From Octopus sinensis (Eukaryota): a DNA stretch of 64,000 nucleotides. Numbering within the stretch: the stretch's first letter is position 1; each line of letters starts with the position of its first letter. Location: contig NC_042999.1 of the NCBI RefSeq assembly GCF_006345805.1, positions 118,978,001 through 119,042,000 of the forward strand, given 5' to 3'. Positions 12,691 to 25,775 of this stretch are shown piece after piece. The notes under the pieces are model-generated. The model saw only the letters and a program-made list of their open reading frames with translations. It was not told where the DNA came from and did not search any database. The position numbers and the translations under genes were made by a program.

Positions 12691-14868
12691 CTCTAGAATG
12701 GGAAAAAAAATTTGAATTAATATAGTGAATTTAGTTGATATGAATAGAGCTGTGCCTGAAGGAATACCGTAAAAGCCCATGTAATTTGCACACCTGTGTA
12801 ATTTACACATGTGATTTTTCAGGATAAAATAGGTTTAAAGAATGCTTCTTCTACTCATGTAAAATTCGCACCTAAAAATTTTCAGAATTGCCACTATAGC
12901 CAGGAAAAAAACGGTTTTCAATTTAGTATAATTTCACTTACTTATGATTAGATTTTATTAAATTTTCATTAAATAACAATAATTTCTCTTTAACAGGTAT
13001 CACATTGAAAGCTATTAAATTACAAAGTGTTTGTGTTGTTTATCATAAACTTTATTTCACATTCCTTGCCCACAAGAGATTATGTCCAATCTTTAGCATA
13101 CTACTGTATGCCTTCTCAAATCAACGATCACAGGAAAAGTTGTTGATAAGAATTACCAACAAAAACAAAGCTGATAAACATGAACAGGTATTGCAAATTA
13201 AGTTTAATTACCAATAAAGATCAACTTGGATGAGACTTTACTCAGCTGACAGAAGAAGGTGACCAGTCAAACTGATTATGTAAACAGAATTCTTTCCCGC
13301 CTATTCTTGTTGGAACCTTTGACACAAAAATTTGTCAGTATGAGCAGAACTTATGAATCGTTTACTGCAAAGGAGAAATTAAATATGTGTAATAGATAGA
13401 AAACTATATATCCATTGCAATAGATAGAAACTCCAAGCAATGTAAAATATGGCCCAGACCATGTTTACCAGCATGTATGTCAGACTTCAAAAACCAGTTA
13501 ACCATTTAGTGGTTTTAGTAAGTTTAAACACAGAAAGTAAACATTATACCATCCAACATAAATAAAAGTCAATTTCAATAAACATATTTAAGCCATTATT
13601 TTTTCTGTAAAACCCTATTCTGACATTAAATGAGTCAACTTATGGTATGAATTTTTGTTTTGTACATCTTTTTGCAACAAACAAAAATCTTTTTTTTGAA
13701 TTCTGGAAATGATCTACTCAGGTAATTTACGCACACCCTAAAGTTTATTTTTATTTTTGTGAAAAAAAGCAAGTAAAGTAAATGGGGTTTTATGGTTATT
13801 TATATCTCTTATTTAGAACTATTATATAGATTTCTATGACATTTGCACTTGGGCATGCATTTTAGAAGGAAGAAACATTTAATACTAATATACTTCAGTA
13901 TTTAGCTGGTATTTCATCAGCTTTGGAAAGCTGAAAGTCAAAGTCAACCATGTCATCTCAGAATGCTGTAAAGTATTTCATCTAGTACTCTGTCAACTTT
14001 GCTATCTATCTTTCTTATAACACTTCTATATAGATATAACTATCAATATCATAAAGAGAAAGTGGTTGACCCTGTCAGAAGTTGACCTCTTTGCACACAC
14101 ACACACACACATACACATGTGCACAAATGTACAACTGGCTTCATATTTAGTCTCTAAGTACTAAATTTATTCATAAGCCTTTGGTCAGTTTGGGTACCCC
14201 ATAGTAGAACTGAACTTGAAGCCATGTGGTAAGAAAACAAAAAAGATAATTGTATTTAGAGCTTCAAAATCCAGAGAAAATGCATGTCAGTGATACGTTT
14301 TATAAATAATTCCTACACAACACCATTGGATAAAAAGTTAACCTATCTCTAGAGGGTCCCCTGATGAACCTGGTAAATTTTAAAGAAAAACAGAAGTATA
14401 ACAGTATTCAAATTTAAGATATGAAATTTGGGAATATCTAAAGAAATATTGGCCTAGGAGTGTGAATTAACATTCAGTTATTTACCTGTAGTTAGCCATA
14501 AGTAGATGAGTTATTGGTCTTCAAGCAAGCAGTTGAGGGCTAGCATTTTGTGTTGTGTCACTGGGGCTAACTATGTTGCCAGCCAAAATATTTACTTTTA
14601 AACAGCCAGGTCCATCCTATCAAAATTGTAGGTGTTGTTTAGGCCTATATCAATTTTTATCAAGAAGGCCTAAATCAAAGGCATTTCAGCCAGGACCATA
14701 CTATTTTCTCTGAAATCATGTTTCTGAAAATTTATTATCCAGTATATTCTTTTCTTCTTTTAGACACTAGAAAAGGAAATTTGGCAGCTGTTTCTAGCAG
14801 GTAGAGTAAAAACATAGAAACTGCTCCACTGACTTCTTTAGCCTTTAGTTTTATTATTGTTTATCCCT

Positions 14869-15290
14869 AGGCACAGGAGTGGCTATGCGGTAATAAGCTT
14901 GCTTACCAACCACATGGTCATGGGTTCAGTCCCACTGCGTGGCACCTTGGGCAAGTGCCTTCTACTATAGCCTTGGGCCGACCAAAGCCTTGTGAGTAGA
15001 TTTGGTAGACGGAAACTGAAAGAAGCCCATCATATATATGTATATATAGATATATATGTGTGTATATCCTTATATGTCTGTGTTTGCCCCCCCCCCCATC
15101 GCTTCACAACCGATGGTGGTGTGTTTATGTCCCTGTAACTTATAAGTTCGGCAAAAGAGACCAATAGAATAAGTACTAGTCTTACAAAGAATAAGTCCTG
15201 GGGTTGATTTGCTCGGCTAAAGGTGGTGCTCCAGCATGGCCACAGTCAAATGACTGAAACGAGTAAAAGAATAAAAGCATAAAAGAATAA
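14869..15290 (+). mobile_element. SINE family A, full length
   Basis: Pol III A/B-box-like head (TGGCTATGCGG; GGTTCAGTCC), central TA/TG tract, and (TAAAAGAA)n tail. Confidence 0.9.
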
Positions 15291-16569
15291 AGGCCACTCT
15301 GGTTGATAACACTTATGATTAAAGATGTTCCAGCCTTGACCATCTCCTTTTATTGTATAGCAATGATTACATTACACTTCTAATGCAACTTTCCTTCTTT
15401 TAAGATAGTAGGGTATGATATGATATGATGGAGATTTAATTTATATTTCTAGCATGTCAACCAATTACACAGAGGTTTTTCTTATTGCTCCACCTTTTAT
15501 TAAGTAAGTATCACCAGTGATATAACTCACAATGTAATAAGCAGAATCAGTGAAAATGCAGGGCTGATGAATATTTCATTGCCTTACAATGCAATATTCA
15601 GCTCTTCCTATGGGAAAATTCAATCAGTAATATATTTACCTCTTACACAGATGATTTACCAGTTCAATGCTTTGGAAACTCAAGTGGAAAATTAGTCATG
15701 TCGACAGTTCAGATTTAAAAGCCATTAGTTTTAGTTGGTTCCTCAAAGGATACAAAATATTAGAAATGCTCTGATCAACAAGCTATGCCAAAAGGCATCA
15801 AAGTGCACCTCTATGCTTTCAAACCGAATTGCATTTAATGCAAGACATTTTTACTACAATTTCCCCAAGGTACCACACTTCAATAATTTATATTTTAATT
15901 ATTCTCTGCATAGTTACGGGCTGCCCTTTGGCAAGGCATAGCTCCTTTTCAACCACTCTGTCAGGGACATGGTGAAGTCATGGGATTGGAGCATGGAACA
16001 TTTCGAAGAGGTAGTAGAAGAGCTCAGCTGAGTCAACAGTGCTTCTTACATTGATACTGAGTGGAGGAATCCTTGAAGATCAACAGTCAGGATTACCAAA
16101 CTCTATTAAGACAGTAACTGCAAAGCATCCATAGGAGTGGCCTCCATGGTTGTATAATCAGTTAATGAATAATTGACCTTGACTCAAGCCTGAAGACTCT
16201 ATCTCCTCTCAAGAATAGCGAGCAGAGTGGCAATGGAGAGTCATTGGGAATCCATACAAGCAGCATAATTGAGATGATGATGTACTAACTATTTACGACA
16301 GCAATGGTAATATGCGTAATATATGAAAGAGTAGAGTTTAGGATATACATTCAAGATAGGAAGCACAGTTTTGAAATGGTTGACAGCAAGTTCAAAGTTG
16401 AATCCAGTGTGATGTATTTGTTCATCAGGAATGAAAATCTAATTCTTTATTCAATAGTATAAGGGTTGAAGGGCTGGTTGACCTTGTGATCTTTTACATA
16501 CTATAATTTATGATCTTTTATATACTATAAAAGCATAATTTGTTGAAGAATTACATAAAATTTTCCATA

Positions 16570-16705
16570 GATACAGGTATGGCTGTGTAGTAAAAAGCTT
16601 GCTTCCCAACCACATGGTTCTGAGTTCAGTTCCACAGTCTGGCACCTTGAGCAAGAGCCTTCTATTATAGTTTCAAACCAACCAAAAGCTGGTGAGTTGA
16701 TTTGG
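16570..16705 (+). mobile_element. SINE family A 5' fragment
   Basis: Homologous to 14869-15005. Confidence 0.75.
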
Positions 16706-17394
16706 TATGATACATTACAAATGTATCCTATGAATCATTACAAATTTACATGGCAACTATAAGGTAAAAAAAAAAACTAGTGACATCCTTTTAGGCATTG
16801 GTTATTTTAGGAGAAACTCACATTGTGTCAAGTATAATTTTATCGTTTACTTGAAATGAATTTACTGTTTTACACTGCAGTTATTTTTTTTAATTTGCAA
16901 ATTCTGACTTCCTTTACAAGACTATTTGTCAGACTGTCATTGAATTGTTTACTCTTATTTTTTGTCGTGTCATTCTATGCAGTTCATCAGCAGCTGCAGA
17001 TGGCAACAAGTGCATGTCAACTTTAAATTGTGTTAGGTTTAAAATATATTCTAATTCATTTAATGTAGCTTTACTGTTATTAATCTAACTCCCAAATATT
17101 TCTGCACTTTACAGTTGGAAATATTGAGTGGTAGGATTACATGAGCTCTATGAGTATTTCATCCAGCAAATATTATGATTCAGATTTTATACTTTTTTCA
17201 AATGATTCCTGTTTTGCTAGTGACTTTTTCTAAGGTTCAAATTCTGTCTTATACACTACAACATATACAGCAATTAACAGTGTCTGTTATATTAAATGAT
17301 TTAAGTAGTGTTGAAAAAAGGTTGTAGTGAAAGAATTGTTGTTGGATTTTGTAAACAGTGGAAGCAATTCATTTAGATGTTGCTTTAATTTCTT

Positions 17395-17985
17395 TCCTTT
17401 ATCTCTTTACTTGTTCCTGTCTTTAAATGGCTTCCATATTGAAACACCAGCTTGAAGAATTTTTTAAAGCCTGGTATTTATTCTATTGATCTCTTTTGCC
17501 AAACTGTTAAATTACAGAGATATAAACAAAGCTGTCCATCTTCCAAATCAATTCACATGCTTTTGGTTGGCTTGAAACTATAAAGGAAGACACTTGCCCA
17601 AGTTGCTAGGCTGTGGGACTGAACTCAGAACCATGTGGTTGGGAAGCAAGCTTTTTACTACACAGCCATACCTGTACCTATGGAAAATTTTGTGTAATTC
17701 TTCACCAAATTATGCTTTTATAGTATATGAAAGATAATAAACCATAGTATGTGAAAGTTGTCAAGTAGTGGTGAGAGATGAACACAGACACAAAGACATG
17801 CATACATCGATATATATTTATATATATGATGGAATTCTTTCAGTTTCCTTCTACCAAATCCACTCACAAGGTTTTAGCCTGTCTGAGGCTACAGTAGAAG
17901 ACACTGGCCCAAGGTGCCATGCAGTGGAACAAAACCTGGAACCATGTGGTTGGGAAGTAAGCTTCTTACCACACATCCATACCTG
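17395..17985 (-). mobile_element. SINE family A interrupted by an inverted local duplication (17535-17757)
   Basis: The consensus breaks after ...GATATAAACAAAGC and resumes at GTTGTCAAG (17757). Confidence 0.75.
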
Positions 17986-18274
17986 CATCTGTTGATAAAC
18001 AGTTTCTCTTTTCATGTGAAAATGAGACCAGATGAAGTATATGCAAGAAGTGAGATGGTGTGAGGTGTACATAAGCGTTGGATGTGGAATATCACTAAGT
18101 CTGAAGAGAATGAGATGAGCTCAATTGAGAAGTGAGTAAAAGTGAGTTGAGGTTCTGAGTTTAAATTGCATCAGTTGGTGTATTCAAGAAGGTTGACTGT
18201 GTTAATATGAACCTGTAATATCAGCATGTGAAACATATACATATATAGTTACAACAAAATTTTATATCTTGGAC

Positions 18275-18327
<53 letters not shown>

Positions 18328-18389
18328 AGTGTGTGTGTGTGTATAAATATAAACATATATATCTATATATCTATATATATATACGTTTA

Positions 18390-18873
18390 TATATTTGTTG
18401 TGCAAGATTTTTTATGTGAAGTCGTGTGTTGAAACAGATATTGTTATATTTCGGAATGGTCATTTTGCCAGTTTAGCCAATAAACACATGAACAAAATAA
18501 GAATAAACAAAAACAACAACAACAAAAACAAATTACATGAACGTATATAAACAGAAGATACAAATATTACAGGCATCCTCCCCCCCCAGACACTCACTAA
18601 ATAAACATAGACGCACATAGAGATATAAGCATGTGCAAATGAAGACATACAATAGAAATACAAAATGGCTGACGGTTAGTAAGGAGAGATGCAAATAAGA
18701 AAGAAGAAAACAAAGGACCACTGATGCGGTCACAGGAGTGTGACGAAAGAACTCTGGCCAAAATAAGATTAAGATTAATGTAAAAAATAAATAACACTGA
18801 AGCAAAATAGCACCAAATATATAGTGCGTGTGTTTTTATTGGCTAAACTGGCAAAATGACCATTCCGAAATAT

Positions 18874-18882
<9 letters not shown>
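18390..18882 (+). mobile_element. Hammerhead-bearing non-coding element with a 46-47 bp perfect inverted repeat, embedded in (TA)n
   Basis: 18438-18484 is the reverse complement of ~18835-18881. There is a hammerhead motif at 18715. Confidence 0.7.
18715..18759 (+). ncRNA. Minimal hammerhead motif with one core substitution
   Basis: GGACCA-CTGATGC-G-GTCACA-GGAG-TGTGAC-GAAA-GAAC-TC-TGGCC, with a 6-bp perfect stem II. Confidence 0.65.
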
Positions 18883-18915
<33 letters not shown>

Positions 18916-19058
18916 AAGTAGATAAATGAATTATCTTATTACAGTTTATTCAAATGATAACCGACACCTGGGTAGCAAAAATCACAACAGAAAAAGCACG
19001 GTTGAGGTTACGACCATGGGGCCTAAAATCCGTGCCTTAGTGCGGAAATTTGAAGTTT

Positions 19059-19615
19059 TATATATTTAGTGTAGGAAGAAATGGAGCTGAACGAAGATTT
19101 AACAAAATTCCTTTTTATTATTTTCTACATATGTTTCAAAGGCTGCAAAGTCCCTAATTCGGATTGAATAAGGAGTCCATTTTGCAGCCTTCTCTTCAGG
19201 AAAATCCAGGAACTTAATTCTCCAACAAAATGCACAGCAAGCTTTTCGACAAATGCTCACGAGGAGCCCATGGAATAAATGGCACAAACTGTCTATCAAT
19301 ATGCGTTGACGCCAGGCTGGGTGAAAGCCGACGAGAAAGTCCGTCGCTTTCACCCAGCCTGGCGTCAACGCATATTGATAGACAGTTTGTGCCATTTATT
19401 CCATGGGCTCCTCGTGAGCATTTGTCGAAAAGCTTGCTGTGCATTTTGTTGGAGAATTAAGTTCCTGGATTTTCCTGAAGAGAAGGCTGCAAAATGGACT
19501 CCTTATTCAATCCGAATTAGGGACTTTGCAGCCTTTGAAACATATGTAGAAAATAATAAAAAGGAATTTTGTTAAATCTTCGTTCATCTCCATTTCTTCC
19601 TACACTAAATATATA
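19059..19615. repeat. Near-perfect 557-bp palindrome (8-nt loop at 19334-19341)
   Basis: The arms are reverse complements, confirmed by mirrored ORF pairs 19099-19395/19279-19575 and 19214-19444/19230-19460. Confidence 0.97.
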
Positions 19616-20665
19616 TATATATATATATATATATCATTGGAAAGTGATAATAGCAGAGGAGGACCAAAAAAGACAAGGGAAAAAGAATAATGAGATGATG
19701 ATGATGATGTATAACTAAGCTTGTCTATAGAATAATGTTTAAAGCATATAAAACAAAATAACCCTTCTAAATTATGTTCATAATTTTTTAAGATGTCTTC
19801 TCATAGTTTACATTAGTAGGAAAAAAGAAATTATACAAATATTCAAATTTACAAAGCAAAGCTCACAGCATATTAAAAGAAAAGAAAAACATCAAAAACA
19901 AACAAAAAATCTTAAAAACTTGCATCATATTCTAAAAGAAGAGAAACATCTGCATTCAAAATAGAAAAACTAAGAAATAATATTGTGGATTAACAACTTC
20001 TATGTATCAGTTTACAAAATCAGATTGGCATACTTGTCTAATTAGCGAAATGTAAAAAGAAAAAAAAAAATAAAGAAAAAAGAAATAATAATAATGATAA
20101 TGCCTTAAGCCAAGTAAATACTGGTTAGAAACTGATTAGAATTCCAAGCAGGAGGCAATGCATAAGCCAGAGTTTCAACAACAGTTATTTTGGGCAAATG
20201 AATATTAAAGCAGACCTTTGTTACATATATGAATTAGTTGATCTGATGAACTGTATGTTAATTATCTATTCTAAATTACTTTATTTGATAATTGTTCACT
20301 TCATAGATGTATGTCTCTTACCACCAGCAAGTTGTATAATAGACACTTCTGAAACAATAATGCAGGTACTACTTCTTGACCTGGCAACACTCATTATATT
20401 CTCAGCATTCAGTTTGGTCTATATTGCTCTCAGTCAAATTATCATAAGCAAGCTTACATGCGCACACACACACACACACACACACGCACACACAGATTCA
20501 TAGATATAGATATATGTGTATATATTACATGTGTGCGTGTATGTATGCATGTATGTATGAATGCATATATGTATGTAGGTTTGTGTGCATGCATGCATGC
20601 ATGTATGTTTATGTATTTCAATCTGGTAATTTAATTAGTCCATAATTATGAAAGTACCCATATTC

Positions 20666-20708
<43 letters not shown>

Positions 20709-20731
20709 ATTTTAATATTACCAGTATCATA

Positions 20732-21171
20732 AAGGTGGTGAGCCAGTAGAATTGTTAGCAGGTGGGGCAAAATGCTTAGCAGTATTCTGTCTACTTTACA
20801 TTCTGTGTTCAAATTTTGTTGAGGTTGACTTCACCTTTTTTCCTTAAAAGAACTACCAGTTGAGTGCTGGAGTCAATATAATCAACTTACTCACTCCTCC
20901 CAAAATTGCTGGCCTTACACCAAAATTTGAAACCAGTATTATCAGTATCATAAATGTGAAAAGCTGGCAGTATTGTTAGCATGCCGGATAAGATGCCGAG
21001 CAGTATGTCATCCATCTTTATGTTCTGAGTTCAAATTCCAGCCTAGTCAGTTTCATCTTTTATCTTTTTCAGGTCAATTCTATAAGTACCATTTGAGCAC
21101 TGGGGTCAATGTAATCTACTTACCATTCCTCAAAGAAAATTGCTGGCCTTACACCAAATTTGAAACCAGTG
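20732..21171 (+). mobile_element. Two tandem SINE family B-related copies
   Basis: Each copy has the AGCTGGCAG-type head and TTTGAAACCA end. They are separated and flanked by TTA(C/T)CAGTATCATA. Confidence 0.75.
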
Positions 21172-23277
21172 TTACCAGTATCATATTGAATATGTTTGGG
21201 CTAAATTCTTGGCAAAGAACTTGCCATTGTAGGAGGGGACTCAAATAACCATGTGTGAAGAAGCACGAATGGTCTTGATGGAACCTATGATATTAAAAGA
21301 AACGATGTAAGGAACAGAAAGGATGAAAGGGCTTTAGAGTTGAAGATGATAATTCCCAATTCCAGAAAGTAGTTGATAAACTCATTACATACTGTTCAGG
21401 TTGATCGACACCAACTGTTGACAATGTGATTGTACACAGGAAAGAAAGAAGGGACCTTTGAAATATAAAAGTAGAGAGTGAAAGATGGGGAGAGAATTTG
21501 GTGGATACCAGTCAAGGTTGTGGAGGTTGAAAAATGGTGATAGTAAGGAAGGCTATAAAGAGAGAAGTAGAGGTAGTGGAGGAGGAAGTTTCAGATTGAA
21601 GAAAAAATCGACAGAGAATGTGCTGAGTCAAAAGAATGTCAGGGAGATGTGCTTAAGATTTCAAGGAAGTTAGCAGAGGGGAGATGCAATGTGATAGGAG
21701 TAGCTGTCTGAAGGAAGAATGGGGGCAAAATATATTATGGATTCATATACAATTAAGGTGAAATGAAAGGGCTATTTAGAGAGGTAGATGAATGAGAAGA
21801 ATGAATAGGATGACAGAGAGCAGTCCAGTTCTAGGACCGTCAGACTATTACCTTTTCAGGTAACTTTCCAGCAGTCTGCAAGATGTTTCATCCAACAATA
21901 ACATGAACCTGCAAATGTGACTCAATGAATTCTTTGAGTCACGACCCAGTAATTTCTACTATCAAAGTATTGACAAGCTAGTGGAATGTTAGCAAGAAGA
22001 TGGGAACAATGAAGGAGAATATATTATTCAATGATTTGTTAGAATTGTTGGCAAAAAATTAGAATTAGAATAAACAGAAAAACAAGTTATCTAACAACTT
22101 TCTATTTAATGCTTATTTATTCCTCCTGTTTAACTTTTCACACATTCTTTATTCTACTCTTGCAGTCTTTAAAGTTTTTCATTTTAATTTCTCATTCAAT
22201 TAACTTATCATCTTGCAGTACTCATACAAACTCATATCTCTCATTATTCTTCAGTGATCTATTAATATTAACTTGTGGTAATTTTATACTGTCAGAGTTT
22301 ATCAGTCAACCTCTCTTCATAATTAACACTGCACACTTATTTATCCCAGACTGCATTCCAATATCTTTGTTGAATACTATTACTGTTTGAATTAGAGAAC
22401 ACAGATCCTTTTCATTTTTTTTGTATATAGTTCGACGTCATCGATATAAAGCAGGTAATTTATTTTCACCTTGGTTTTGGCAGGCATAGACTTTTCTCAG
22501 TATACATGTCAGAGGGATAAGCATGAGTCTACCTGGAATATCTCAGTATATATTTTCACATTACCTAATGATTCATTTGCACATTTTAGTCCTACGTCTC
22601 ACACACTCATTGCTTTTTCCAAGAAGCTGTTTATCTTCTTGTGGACTCTGAGTGTCCTCAGCCACTCCAAGAGCAAGTACCACAAGATTTCCTGTAGTCT
22701 ATCTATCCAACAGCTAAATTATCCTTTCTTAATTACATATCACTTAGAATCCTACTATCCATATACAGTTGATCATGTGTCCTCCTTGACTTCTTTCTGC
22801 ATTCCTTTTGCTCCTCTAGTAAGAGATTCTTCTTCTCCAGAAAGTGATATATTTCATCTGCTATGAGACCAGTTAATAATTTCCAGCTTGTAATAGGTCA
22901 CTAACTATGTTAATTCTTTAAACAGCCTTAATTTCTTCAACAATGTTTGTACATTTCATAATGATTTACCTTTAGCCACTTCATCAAGTACAGTGAAGGT
23001 TAAGCTTGCTTATGAGGTCAGAATAAGACTGATAAATGTTGAGGATTTCTTGAAAAATAAAGATATTAATGTCATCATTTTCTCTTGTGTCACATATATT
23101 TCTGGCTAGCTATTCAAAGCACCACCATGCATTAAACATTTTAATACAAACCAGTCTATCTACAAAATATCTGGTGTCACAATTCTGAAATCAGAACATT
23201 TGGAAAGACAAGTTCCATAGACTTGGCAGAGTCTGAAAATTAAGAATGAAATGCTATTGGTCATAAAACCATTCATA

Positions 23278-23392
23278 ATGACAATGACGATGGTGGTGGT
23301 GGTTTTGGTGGTGGTGGTGATGATGATGATGGTGATGATGATGATGGTGGTGGTGGTGGTGGTGGTGGTGGTGGTGATGATGATGATGATGG
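23278..23392. repeat. (GGT)n/(GAT)n microsatellite
   Basis: Directly visible. Confidence 0.95.
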
Positions 23393-23696
23393 AAATACTC
23401 ATTCCACTGGTTTCTGTTATTTTCCATGGAATGAACCATTAAAAGAACTCTAACATGAATGATAATAATGGTATTACGAGATTTTTACACTGGCATCTGT
23501 TTGAACTCACAATTATTTATTGATTGCAACTGAGAGTTCATGGTTTTATCTTTACAACCTGCATTTCAAAACAGTCAAGAGAGAAAAGTTGAAAATTCCA
23601 GCCTATAAAAGCTGTTTTAAGAATAATGATGCGGAAATTTTAATAAACTACACACTACTCCTAACTTCACCAACCCTAAAATAGTTTAATTTAGAA

Positions 23697-23709
23697 TAAT
23701 GATGGTGAC

Positions 23710-23742
<33 letters not shown>

Positions 23743-23889
23743 GGTGGTGGCGGTGGCGTTGGTGGTGGTGGTGGCGGTGATGATGATGATGATGATGATG
23801 ATGACAATGATGTCGATGATGATGATGATGACAATGACAACGATGACAACAATGATGATGATGACAAAATAATAATAATAATAATAAAA

Positions 23890-23920
<31 letters not shown>

Positions 23921-23962
23921 AAGAAGAAGAAGAAGAAGAAGAAGAAGAAGGAGAAGAAGAAA
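23697..23962. repeat. Compound (GAT)(GGT)(AAT)(AAG) microsatellite
   Basis: Directly visible. Confidence 0.95.
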
Positions 23963-25498
23963 ATAACTAAAAAACATTCATTCTTTTTTTCAATTCAAAA
24001 ATTATCATCAAATATTTCTCCAGTGAGAGCGTCAATATCTTTGATGTTTTGTTTCTTTTCTTACATAAAGCCACACGTAAGGTGTTTTAAACTAATGATT
24101 TACATTTAAATAGCAAATAATTAACATTACTTAGTATAACTAACCACACAGGCAAAATATGTTATCTCTACAACTACAATATACAGAAAGAAATGTCTCA
24201 TTTAACTTGATTTCATTTAGTTTGTCTCAGTACTCCTACAGTCCAAAATTAGTTTGGTTCCCAGAGACTTGGATGTTTATCAGTTTTGAATAATTGAAAA
24301 TTAATTATGCGCAAAAGGAAAGTGATAAATAAATAAAAGAAGAAAAATATTTTCTTGCATTTTCTTCTCTCCCCACCCAGCAGTTATTTATCTATTTTTC
24401 TTTTTTCTTTTTTTTTTTTGTCAGAACAGGAGGTTTAAGGTTATCAGAAGCATTTAGGAAAAAAAATAATACTAATAAATAAACAAAAAATCAATCAATA
24501 ATTTCTTTGTAAGATGGATTTTATTGGCAAGCATTTGGACACTCATTAGGAGCATTACATTGAAGGGAGAACATAAAGACAGAGAATGGGTTTAAACTGG
24601 ATGAGACTTCACTGTTTAAATAAATCAATCAGTCCATTTTCAGTGAAGAGAAAAGAGAAGTCCCTGGGTACAGGATATTTACAATGGAGTACGAGTCGAA
24701 GTTTCAATACTGATCTCAAATAAACTGAGGATAAAAGGAGTGAATGAATACAATGTTGGCTATATGGGGAAAAAAAGAATATACAATTTGATGAGAAAAT
24801 TCCTAAAGCAATGCCAAATAATGCTGAACAAAAGAGGAGAAGATAAACAGTTATAGATAGACAGAGACATATAAAGAAGAAAGAAGAAAAAGAGGAGGTG
24901 GTTATGAAATGAATTAAGAGAAAAATGGAAATTGAACGAGTATGTACTATTATTAGTACTATTTTATCTCTCAAGATTCTCTTGTGCCACATTCTTGGAA
25001 TAGAATCTGTTAATTCACTCCAAGACTTCATTTAACTGTAGTTAAGCTTTGAAATAAAAATAGCTTGTATACTTATTTCTGTAAAATATTAAGGAGATAT
25101 TATGAGTAAAAGGTCTCAACAGACTCGATGGTGCATTGGGTAAACAGAAATTTATTAAACAGGAAGCTTATAGAAAGGGCAATGATTATGATGGGGATAA
25201 AGTTCCAGAATTTAGTAATTTATAAATGTGATTCTCTTTTTACTCAGCAAGATATGTCAGTAATGGTGTATTCTTAGAGAATAAACTAGCTTACATGAAA
25301 TCGATTTTTAAATTAAACAACAGAAATTCCATTTAACACACACACACATGCATCTTGTTTAAATGTTACTTAGATTTGGAGCTTCCTTATGCACGACTTA
25401 TTGTATGTTGCTAAAATTAAATGCCTCGTTTCTACCTCTTTTACTTAATCTACAACTGCAGGGGATGGAGTTCTGTGGTGCTATACTAAATGGCTGTG

Positions 25499-25529
<31 letters not shown>

Positions 25530-25540
25530 TGTGTGTGTGC

Positions 25541-25571
<31 letters not shown>

Positions 25572-25724
25572 TGTGTGCGCGTGTGTGTGTGTGTGTGTGT
25601 GTGTGAAGGGAGCAAGCCTATCTATATAAAATATATTTTGACTGAAGCAAATGAAGAGAATTTCAGTCTAGCTTAACTGTGTGTGCAAACATACACACAC
25701 ATACACACAAAGTCATCTATATAA

Positions 25725-25775
<51 letters not shown>

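Noticed and set aside
19099-19575. Cys-rich 98-aa and 76-aa ORF pairs on both strands
   Set aside because: The mirroring is a by-product of the palindrome, and there is no recognisable domain.
23160-23977. Poly-His/Leu/Val ORFs (also 29088-29451, 47127-47366, 48769-48957)
   Set aside because: Trinucleotide microsatellites with no flanking coding context.
21190-25260. Possible CR1/L2/RTE remnants at ~21190-21830, 22360-22900, 24530-25260 (also 15930-16285)
   Set aside because: Only faint motif resemblance, too decayed to call by eye.
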